From NCBI GenBank assembly GCA_017381715.1, contig JAFOBR010000050.1:1-63266 (forward strand): DNA of 63,266 bases, given 5' to 3'. Below the pieces are notes generated by a model. That model saw only the letters and a program-made list of their open reading frames with translations, was not told the DNA's origin and did not search any database. This stretch comes from Clostridia bacterium. GTDB taxonomy: Bacteria > Bacillota > Clostridia > Oscillospirales > CAG-382. The position numbers were made by a program, and so were the translations under genes. The first letter of the stretch is position 1; each line of letters opens with the position of its first letter. Shown piece after piece: positions 56,424 to 63,266 of the stretch.

Positions 56424-56457
56424 AAATCTCCGGTAAAAAATACCGGAGATTTTTTTA
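56424..56457 (+). terminator. Intrinsic terminator
   Basis: ATCTCCGGTA/AAAAA/TACCGGAGAT followed by TTTTTTT. Confidence 0.88.
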
Positions 56458-56524
56458 TGATATTCATATTGTGCTTGAAAAGTTCATAATTAAATGGTAC
56501 AATATAATTACAGGAGGGAGAAAT

Positions 56525-56932
56525 ATGAATATTTTCCAGTTCCTTACGCCAAAAAGCAACGTCGCGTATGTAGAAATTAATTGCACACTTCGTCAAGCTC
56601 TTGAAAAAATGCGGTTTCACGGTTATACTGCTTTGCCTGTTATTGATAGCGAGGGAAGATACGTCGGCACTGTAAACGAAGGAGATTTTCTCTGGGATAT
56701 TGTTAACCGCAACGAGTCTGATCTGAAGAGTCAGGAAAAGAGACCGGTATCCGAAATTCTCCGTACAGATTGGAATCCGCCTATCGACATTACTGCTTCG
56801 CCGGAAGAACTGCTTCACAAAGTGCAAGCGCGGAATTTTTTGCCGGTTATCGATGCCAGAGGAGTTTTTGTAGGTATCATTACCAGAGGACGTATTATTA
56901 AATACTTTACCGGCACTTATCTTACTGTATAA
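56525..56932 (+). CDS. CBS domain pair protein
   Basis: ATG 56525 after GGAGGGAG; two CBS-like repeats (ALPVIDSEGRYVGTV, FLPVIDARGVFVGII); 135 aa. Confidence 0.8.
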   Translation: MNIFQFLTPKSNVAYVEINCTLRQALEKMRFHGYTALPVIDSEGRYVGTVNEGDFLWDIVNRNESDLKSQEKRPVSEILRTDWNPPIDITASPEELLHKVQARNFLPVIDARGVFVGIITRGRIIKYFTGTYLTV

Positions 56933-57000
56933 ATCATTAAAAATTTTCACCCCAAGAAGCAGATTGCCATCTTGGGGTGATCGGTTAAAAAGGAATGTTT

Positions 57001-57405
57001 ATGGTATTACTGAGTGAAAAAGAATTCGGTTCAATAAAGGAACTCACGCTTTTTGTAAAAGAGCAATTGGAAACACTCTCATACGAGGTTATCTGTGCCG
57101 CATACCTTGATAATGAAAACAATTTAATATCGCTGGTTGAGTTGGGTGCAGGAACAAGCAATAACGTTGATACCGGTGCAGAACAGCTTATAAGATACGC
57201 CCATGCAATCATGTGCAAAAGGGTAGTGGTGTATCATAATCATCCTTCAGGAGATTCCGCTCCATCCGAATCGGATATTGTTGCCACCAAGCGATTATAC
57301 AAGCTAATGTTTATAAACGGAATTGACCTTGTAGACCATATAGTGGTATCCAAAAGCGGATATCATTCCATATTTTCAGTTTCACCCGATATTACCTTGT
57401 GGTAA
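57001..57405 (+). CDS. RadC-like JAB (JAMM) domain protein, short form
   Basis: HNHPSGDSAPSESD JAMM motif; ATG 57001 six nt after AAGGA; 134 aa, lacking the N-terminal HhH part of full-length RadC. Confidence 0.75.
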   Translation: MVLLSEKEFGSIKELTLFVKEQLETLSYEVICAAYLDNENNLISLVELGAGTSNNVDTGAEQLIRYAHAIMCKRVVVYHNHPSGDSAPSESDIVATKRLYKLMFINGIDLVDHIVVSKSGYHSIFSVSPDITLW

Positions 57406-57872
57406 GCGATACGTTCTTCACCGTTTTCAAGATATATTATTCCGCATTCAACAAAACCGTGCTTACGCAAAAAGCTTCTCATGGGAATATTATCCTCGTG
57501 AGTGTCGATACGCAGATTTTTATATTTCTTTTCACCGTATTTTATACATTCGGATGCTACACCTCGTCTGTTGCTGTTTACGGCAATACGATGGATCACG
57601 CCGTACTCTTCGTCGTTTACCCAACCGTTTCCTTTAATATATGAATATGTTTTATCAGGACCGTCAAGCAGAGAAAATACGCCTACAATTTCTGTGTCTT
57701 CCTCGCAAATAAGACACACCCCTGCGTTAATATCGTTAATTATCGTGCTTTCAAACGGATATCCGTTTGCCCACTGCTTTGTGTTTCCGTTTTTCCGCAT
57801 ATATGCTCGGGCGTTATCGAATATTTTTTTAATTGTATCAATATCACTTATTTTCGCTTTTCTGATGTTCAT
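57363..57872 (-). CDS. GNAT family N-acetyltransferase
   Basis: RRGVASECIKYG acetyl-CoA motif; 169 aa. Confidence 0.85.
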   Translation of the reverse strand: MNIRKAKISDIDTIKKIFDNARAYMRKNGNTKQWANGYPFESTIINDINAGVCLICEEDTEIVGVFSLLDGPDKTYSYIKGNGWVNDEEYGVIHRIAVNSNRRGVASECIKYGEKKYKNLRIDTHEDNIPMRSFLRKHGFVECGIIYLENGEERIAYHKVISGETENME

Positions 57873-57905
57873 TTTAACTCCATAATATATTATATAAGGA
57901 TTTTT

Positions 57906-58589
57906 ATGAAATATAAAAATATTACCTTTGGAACCTTTTTGGAAAGGTCAAACAGATTTGTGGGCACCGTTGAAATAGACGGAACACCACAAACCGTACA
58001 TATAAAAAACACCGGTCGTTGCAAAGAGCTTCTTGTTCCCGAAGCACGCACGGTTTTGGCTGTTTCGGATAATCCGAACAGAAAAACAAAATACGATCTT
58101 ATTGCAGTTTACAAGCACGGCACACTTTTGATCAATATGGATTCTCAGCTTCCCAATGATCTTGTGTGGGAATGGCTGCCTAAAAGCGGCATTTTTTCAA
58201 AAAATGCTGTATATAGCAGGGAAGTAACCTACGGAAATTCAAGGTTCGATCATTGCGTTAAAGACGAAGAAAGCACAGCTTTTATCGAAGTAAAGGGTGT
58301 TACACTTGAAGAAAACGGATATTGCCGTTTTCCGGATGCGCCTACCGAACGGGGTCTTAAGCACATTAATGAATTAACAAAGTGCGTTGATAAAGGTTAT
58401 AAGGCATATATAATCTTTGTAGCGCAATTTTACGGTGCTAAAAGCGTATCTCCAAACTACGATACTCATCCCGAGTTCGGAGATGCGCTGAAGAATGCAA
58501 TTTCAAAAGGAGTCAAGGTTATTGCTGTGGATTGCAAGGTTGCTCCGGATGAAGTGTTCATTAATAAAGAAATTACGTTTAATGCATAA
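57906..58589 (+). CDS. sfsA: Sugar fermentation stimulation protein A homolog
   Basis: RFVGTVEIDG...HIKNTGRCKELL...FIEVKGVTL...FPDAPTERGLKH are typical SfsA blocks. Confidence 0.9.
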   Translation: MKYKNITFGTFLERSNRFVGTVEIDGTPQTVHIKNTGRCKELLVPEARTVLAVSDNPNRKTKYDLIAVYKHGTLLINMDSQLPNDLVWEWLPKSGIFSKNAVYSREVTYGNSRFDHCVKDEESTAFIEVKGVTLEENGYCRFPDAPTERGLKHINELTKCVDKGYKAYIIFVAQFYGAKSVSPNYDTHPEFGDALKNAISKGVKVIAVDCKVAPDEVFINKEITFNA

Positions 58590-58601
58590 AGGAAAAAATA
58601 T

Positions 58602-59768
58602 ATGTATTCGCTTTTATTGTCTTTGATATATCTTTCTTTTGTAAGCCTCGGTCTGCCGGATTCACTCCTTGGCGCAGGATGGCCGATTATGCATTCCGAA
58701 TTCGGAGTCCCCATATCTTATATGGGCTTGGTTACAATGATAATATCCGGAAGCACTATCGTTTCCAGTCTGTTCTCTCACAAGGTTATACGTAAATTCG
58801 GTACACCCATTGTTACTACAGTTAGTGTTTTTCTCACAGCAGTAGCTTTGCTTGGTTTTTCCTTGTCTTCCGCATATTGGATGCTTCTTATCTTTGCAAT
58901 ACCATACGGGCTCGGCGCAGGGGCGATAGATGCAGCGCTTAACAATTACGTGGCGCTTCAATATTCTTCAAAACACATGAGCTGGCTGCACTGTTTTTGG
59001 GGTGTAGGCACTATTATAAGCCCCTTTATAATGAGTAACGCACTTTCAACTTCAACGTGGAATAGCGGTTACAGAAACGTTATGTATGTTCAGATTATTA
59101 TCGGACTTATACTGCTGACCACAATACCGGTATGGAAAATAAACCAGGGGAAAGAACAGACAGAAATATCGGAAAAAAAGATTGGTTTGCTTGATGTATT
59201 TAAAATAAAAGGCGTACCTTTTATTTTGCTGGGTTTCTTTGCATACTGTGCCGCTGAATCTACGGCTATGGGCTGGGCAAGTACGTATTTTACTCAAGTA
59301 AAAGGCATAGACGGCGAAACCGCAGCGGCCTATGCCTCTCTTGTATTTATAGGTTTGACAGTCGGAAGATTTTTTGCAGGTTTTCTTATGGATAAAATAG
59401 GCGACCGCAAAATGATACTTCTTGGCACTGCCATTACGGTTGTTGGTATTGCTTTGTTATTATTACCAATCAAAAACAACGTCTGCTCTATAAGTGGTTT
59501 TGTTATTATCGGTCTCGGATATGCGCCCATTTATCCTTGTATTATCCATTCTACTCCCCTTAATTTCGGTGCGGAAAATTCCGGTGCCATTATTGGTATT
59601 CAAATGGCAGGAGCATACCTTGGCTCGACTTTTATGCCGCCCCTTTACGGAGTTCTGGGGAAATGGATCGGATATGAAATGATGCCTGCATATCTTTTGA
59701 TCTTCATGATCTTTATGGTTGTTATGACAGAAAGAACCTTTAAAATTGCCGCAAGGACAAAGGCTTAG
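58602..59768 (+). CDS. MFS transporter
   Basis: 388 aa, 12 TM helices. Confidence 0.85.
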   Translation: MYSLLLSLIYLSFVSLGLPDSLLGAGWPIMHSEFGVPISYMGLVTMIISGSTIVSSLFSHKVIRKFGTPIVTTVSVFLTAVALLGFSLSSAYWMLLIFAIPYGLGAGAIDAALNNYVALQYSSKHMSWLHCFWGVGTIISPFIMSNALSTSTWNSGYRNVMYVQIIIGLILLTTIPVWKINQGKEQTEISEKKIGLLDVFKIKGVPFILLGFFAYCAAESTAMGWASTYFTQVKGIDGETAAAYASLVFIGLTVGRFFAGFLMDKIGDRKMILLGTAITVVGIALLLLPIKNNVCSISGFVIIGLGYAPIYPCIIHSTPLNFGAENSGAIIGIQMAGAYLGSTFMPPLYGVLGKWIGYEMMPAYLLIFMIFMVVMTERTFKIAARTKA

Positions 59769-60637
59769 GCATTTTTGATCATATTGTCAAGACGTTTTGC
59801 GGATTCTGCAAGCTCACAAACGCACTTTAACACCTCTGCTTCGGTGCGTACACCTTGATATGCCAGATATTTGTCTGCTTCGAGAGTGAGGTAGCCGCTG
59901 TATCCTATTTTCTTAAGTGAGGCGGCAACAGCGCCGAAATCTATCTGCATAGAAAACGGTATGTTGTGCGAATCATACTTTTTGTCATTATCGTGAATAT
60001 GGAGCGCCTGCAGATGATGTCCCAGCGCTTCTATCATTTGAGAAGCTGACGTATCTTTTCCCATCATCTCTGCGTGTCCGATATCCAGACAAGCAACAAA
60101 ATATTCGTCATTTACTGCGTTAAGATGGGCAAGAAAGCTTTCTGCAGTTGAACAGGCGGCGTGATCCGCGCAGTCTTTTGCATCAGACCAATTCCACATA
60201 TTCTCGGTTGCTATCTTCACACCGTGCTCTTTTGCAAAAGGCAAAAGCTCTAAGTACATTTCTGCATTTTCTTCGGGTGTACGGTAGTTATCGGGGTGGA
60301 TAACGCAAATACTTCCGCCTGCCTCTGCAGTGCATTCTATGGCTCTTTTGCATCTGTCCCTAATCTCTTTGCAGTATACGGGAAAAGGCGCATGGGATTG
60401 ATTACAATGGATACCGTAATCCTCACCGATACGTTTAAGCTTTCTCGCAAAAGCCAGATATTCGTTACCGCTTAAAGGGTGATCAATATTCTTCAAGCAT
60501 TTATTGGTCCAATCATAAGCGCCCATTTTGAACATGGAGAAATCCCAAGCGTCAAAGCCCGCCTTTCCCACAAGCTCAACAGCCTTTTCTTCGCCTACAA
60601 TGTTGGCAATAGAGCCGATCTCGGTAGATATAAGCAT
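59765..60637 (-). CDS. Sugar phosphate isomerase/epimerase (xylose isomerase-like TIM barrel)
   Basis: 290 aa, AP_endonuc_2-like pattern (ENMW..., DIGHA..., HIHDN). Confidence 0.8.
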   Translation of the reverse strand: MLISTEIGSIANIVGEEKAVELVGKAGFDAWDFSMFKMGAYDWTNKCLKNIDHPLSGNEYLAFARKLKRIGEDYGIHCNQSHAPFPVYCKEIRDRCKRAIECTAEAGGSICVIHPDNYRTPEENAEMYLELLPFAKEHGVKIATENMWNWSDAKDCADHAACSTAESFLAHLNAVNDEYFVACLDIGHAEMMGKDTSASQMIEALGHHLQALHIHDNDKKYDSHNIPFSMQIDFGAVAASLKKIGYSGYLTLEADKYLAYQGVRTEAEVLKCVCELAESAKRLDNMIKNA

Positions 60638-60714
60638 ATGTACACCTCATTTGTTTGTTTTTTATAATTTTACCAAAACTATATATTTAAGTCAAGAATT
60701 AAAGGAGAATTTAT

Positions 60715-61179
60715 ATGTTAACTGTTGGTACAAAAGCACCTGATTTCACTTTATTGGATAAAGAGGGGAATACCGTTTCTTTATCTGATTTTTTTGGAAA
60801 AAAGATAATTTTATATTTTTACCCCAAGGATAATACTCCCGGTTGTACAAAACAAGCCTGTGCCTTTGCAAGTGCATACGATGACTTTAAATCCAAGGAT
60901 ATTACAGTCATCGGTATTAGCAAGGACAGCGTTGCATCTCACAAAAAGTTTGCGGAAAAATATTCTCTTCCCTATGTACTGCTTTCCGATCCGGAGCTTG
61001 TCGCTATAAAAGCATATGACGTATGGCAGGAAAAGAAGATGTGCGGCAAAGTGGGTATGGGAGTTGTCCGTACTACATTTATTATTGATGAAAACGGTAA
61101 TATCGAAAAAATTATGCCCAAAGTAAAACCCGATACAAACGCCGGGGAAATACTTGAATATCTTGCAACTAAAAAATAA
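60715..61179 (+). CDS. bcp: Thioredoxin-dependent thiol peroxidase (BCP-type peroxiredoxin)
   Basis: YFYPKDNTPGCTKQAC active site; 154 aa. Confidence 0.92.
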   Translation: MLTVGTKAPDFTLLDKEGNTVSLSDFFGKKIILYFYPKDNTPGCTKQACAFASAYDDFKSKDITVIGISKDSVASHKKFAEKYSLPYVLLSDPELVAIKAYDVWQEKKMCGKVGMGVVRTTFIIDENGNIEKIMPKVKPDTNAGEILEYLATKK

Positions 61180-61186
61180 AATATCG

Positions 61187-61224
61187 TATACCGAGAGTAC
61201 CTTAAAGACTCTCGGTATATTTTG
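61187..61224 (+). terminator. Intrinsic terminator after bcp
   Basis: TATACCGAGAGT/ACCTTAAAG/ACTCTCGGTATA followed by TTTTG. Confidence 0.8.
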
Positions 61225-61241
61225 TCACTTCACTGAACTTA

Positions 61242-61279
61242 TAAAAATTACCCCGAGAAATACCGGTTCTCGGGGTAAT
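61242..61279 (-). terminator. Intrinsic terminator of the minus-strand lipoprotein gene
   Basis: ATTACCCCGAGAA/ATACCGG/TTCTCGGGGTAAT; the A-tract on the plus strand gives a T-tract on the minus strand. Confidence 0.8.
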
Positions 61280-61287
61280 TACGTTTA

Positions 61288-62610
61288 TTATTCATAATAG
61301 CAACAGCAAAACAGCCAAGCGTATTCCTGGTACTCATAAACAGGCGTATCTCCGAAAATATAGCCGTATGAATCGGGGGAAGACCACCACTGTTTATATT
61401 CGCCTACATTTTTGATCATTTCAGCAAGCTGGGGGTTAAGAGGACAAACACCGTTATCATCGCAACTTTCTTTATATTGGTAAATAAGATCGTTATACCG
61501 TTCTCTGTATTGAAAGGTGCCGTCGTTATCATAAAAGTAAGCGCCAAAGGTACTGGTATCGCAAATATCTGCCAAAGAAGCATAAAGGTAATCTATCTGG
61601 GAATCAATACGCACCAAAACCAAAGGTCCGTCTTCAGAACCGAAGTGATAATATCCGTCCTCTTCGTTAAGAACTATGGTAGGTTTCTTCAAAACATCGA
61701 TATTTACAAGTTTTTTATCCTTTTCACCATTATATTTAACAAGATATTTATCGTTTGCAACAGCATCCTGCCAAGGTTCGTCTTCAATTGACCAAGAAGG
61801 TTCGCCGGTACGGTCAACGTGCAAAATACAATTTGTATCACCGCCGTTTTTTGACTTGACTCCTATAACGTAAGACGTGGTGGTATCCTTAGTGGAGCCG
61901 ATATTGTAATCGTGAATATCGAATTTTATCTTACCCTCCACAGGCTCATATAAAGTATCCTGCAGAACAAGGTAAAGGGAACCGTAAAATCCTATTTCTG
62001 TTTCCGTGTCTGTTTCGGCATATATTTCATATGTGCCGGGAAGGGTGGGAACAAAGAGGAAATATGTCATTTCTCCGCCGATAACGGGAGCAAAATACAT
62101 ACCTTCGGTTACTTCGTAATAATCACATTCCATGTATTCATTGGAAGGGGAGTAAGCTTGCAACTGGCCCGAAACGCCGCTTTTCTTTATAAGTGTAAAC
62201 GTAACGGAGCTTTCTTCTGCGGTTAAGGTATATTCATCCCGAGCGCAGTAATATTTATCCGAAACATCAATTTTTACTGTATATTCGTCTTTCTTTGCGG
62301 TAAATTTAGCACTGCCTTTGCTGTTTGTGGTTTTGGTGTCTGTGAATGCAGTTCCCGAAATATGAATTATTATATCCTCAATGGGATTTCCCGTACCGTC
62401 TGTAACGGAAACGGAATATACACATTCTTCATCGGAAACGGAAACGTCAGGCTCCGAAACACTCTCTTCTGCGGAAAATTCTTCGGAAATATCACTTTCA
62501 GTGTCCGAAACGGGTGAAGATGTGTTGCTCGCAGTATCACAAGCGACAAGCAACAGTAAAGTCAGTGTCAAGCACAGTAAAATACGTAAAATATATTTAA
62601 AATCTTTCAT
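61288..62610 (-). CDS. Hypothetical lipoprotein with possible carboxypeptidase-regulatory-like beta-sandwich domain
   Basis: Lipobox LLLVAC, acidic Ser-rich linker, SVSVTDGTGNPIEDIIIHISG...NSKGSAKF module; ends in ...FCCCYYE. Confidence 0.7.
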   Translation of the reverse strand: MKDFKYILRILLCLTLTLLLLVACDTASNTSSPVSDTESDISEEFSAEESVSEPDVSVSDEECVYSVSVTDGTGNPIEDIIIHISGTAFTDTKTTNSKGSAKFTAKKDEYTVKIDVSDKYYCARDEYTLTAEESSVTFTLIKKSGVSGQLQAYSPSNEYMECDYYEVTEGMYFAPVIGGEMTYFLFVPTLPGTYEIYAETDTETEIGFYGSLYLVLQDTLYEPVEGKIKFDIHDYNIGSTKDTTTSYVIGVKSKNGGDTNCILHVDRTGEPSWSIEDEPWQDAVANDKYLVKYNGEKDKKLVNIDVLKKPTIVLNEEDGYYHFGSEDGPLVLVRIDSQIDYLYASLADICDTSTFGAYFYDNDGTFQYRERYNDLIYQYKESCDDNGVCPLNPQLAEMIKNVGEYKQWWSSPDSYGYIFGDTPVYEYQEYAWLFCCCYYE

Positions 62611-62830
62611 AAAAGACCTCTTAAATGTTATTTGGGCAAAATATACGTTTTTTCAAACATATAGATGTATTATGCAGCTTAACCGCCTATATATTGTATC
62701 ATATTCGTTTATGGCAGTCAAGGTTAATAAATTGGAAAACGGTATTTTTTTATTATTTTGTCGTAAAATCCTATGTTGAAATTTGTGAAAAAGTGTGTTA
62801 TTATAAAGAAAACTGTTATGGAGATTTTTG

Positions 62831-63266
62831 ATGTATTACAGACACGGACTTGACTATAAATATCCCGAGCGTTCTGACGAACATATGATTACCGTAAAGC
62901 ACCTGCGGGATACGAATTTTGACGAAAACTATAATTATCTTGACGAAACTCCTTTTAACAAATTCAAGCGGGGCGTTCTGTTTGCTTTGTTAAATACAGT
63001 GGTTTTTCCCGTTGTTACCATACGCCACGGATTGAAAATCCACGATAAAGAAAACTATAAAATGCACAAAGCCGCATACAAAGACGGAGCGATTACTATC
63101 TGCAACCACGTCTTTATGTGGGATTATCTTTGCGTGCTAAAGGCTATGCGACCTCATAGGCAGTATTTTCCCGCTTGGCAAACAAATTTTGAAGGTCCCA
63201 ACGGCCCGCTTATTCGCTGGGTAGGTGGTATGCCCGTTCCCACCCATAATTTCCGCGCACTTGCAA
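62831..63266 (+). CDS. PlsC-type (lysophospholipid) acyltransferase, 3'-truncated by the window edge
   Basis: ATG 62831 seven nt after GGAG; open frame to the end of the window; CNHVFMWD (HxxxxD) motif. Not in the supplied ORF track because there is no stop codon. Confidence 0.75.
   Translation, partial: MYYRHGLDYKYPERSDEHMITVKHLRDTNFDENYNYLDETPFNKFKRGVLFALLNTVVFPVVTIRHGLKIHDKENYKMHKAAYKDGAITICNHVFMWDYLCVLKAMRPHRQYFPAWQTNFEGPNGPLIRWVGGMPVPTHNFRALA

Noticed and set aside
56192-56950. 252 aa minus-strand ORF spanning the end of glutamine synthetase III, its terminator and the CBS gene
   Set aside because: It crosses a strong plus-strand terminator and two well-supported genes, so it is not credible.
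56948-56979. Hairpin CACCCCAAGA/12 nt loop/TCTTGGGGTG after the CBS gene as a terminator
   Set aside because: It has a good 10 bp stem but no T-tract on either side. It may still pause or stabilise the transcript, but it is not called as an intrinsic terminator.

Overview
This 63.3 kb window looks like a low-GC Firmicutes (Clostridia-type) chromosomal segment. It is densely packed with about 62 protein genes, one tRNA-Pro and one clear THF riboswitch.

The content is mostly housekeeping and carbohydrate metabolism:
- Folate uptake: THF riboswitch, folT, folC.
- Core metabolism: guaB, glyA, purA, a DUF1846 gene, type III glutamine synthetase, citrate synthase, nagB, sfsA, bcp, ruvX and cyclophilin.
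- Sugar handling: a MalEFG/MsmK-like sugar ABC transporter and glycoside hydrolases of families GH20, GH35, GH2 and GHL10.
- Envelope and transport: sortase B, a D-Ala-D-Ala carboxypeptidase, MFS and MATE transporters, and several orphan lipoproteins.

I found no transposase, integrase, phage gene, CRISPR array, cas gene or recognisable defence or toxin module. I cannot honestly point to a clear multi-gene novel system.

The signals that the gene calls do not explain are mainly non-coding:
1. Two arrays of variable-sequence GC hairpins joined by a conserved ATCAT-type linker (20-211 and 798-866). They bracket a small lipoprotein gene, and each sits directly after a terminator.
2. A canonical promoter, a 39-codon leader ORF and an antiterminator/terminator switch in front of a class I SAM methyltransferase (49874-50131).
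3. A roughly 130 nt structured leader with a strong terminator in front of a two-gene Na+-pump decarboxylase beta/gamma-like operon (44866-44995).

Secondary items:
- Two ECF-like sigma factors with long soluble C-terminal extensions. Neither has an adjacent anti-sigma gene, and both are preceded by a GAACCTTTT...CGAC motif.
- A tandem pair of about 520 aa paralogous lipoproteins.
- A 13-mer shared between the nagB and decarboxylase promoters.

All family assignments come from motif recognition by eye and need database confirmation.
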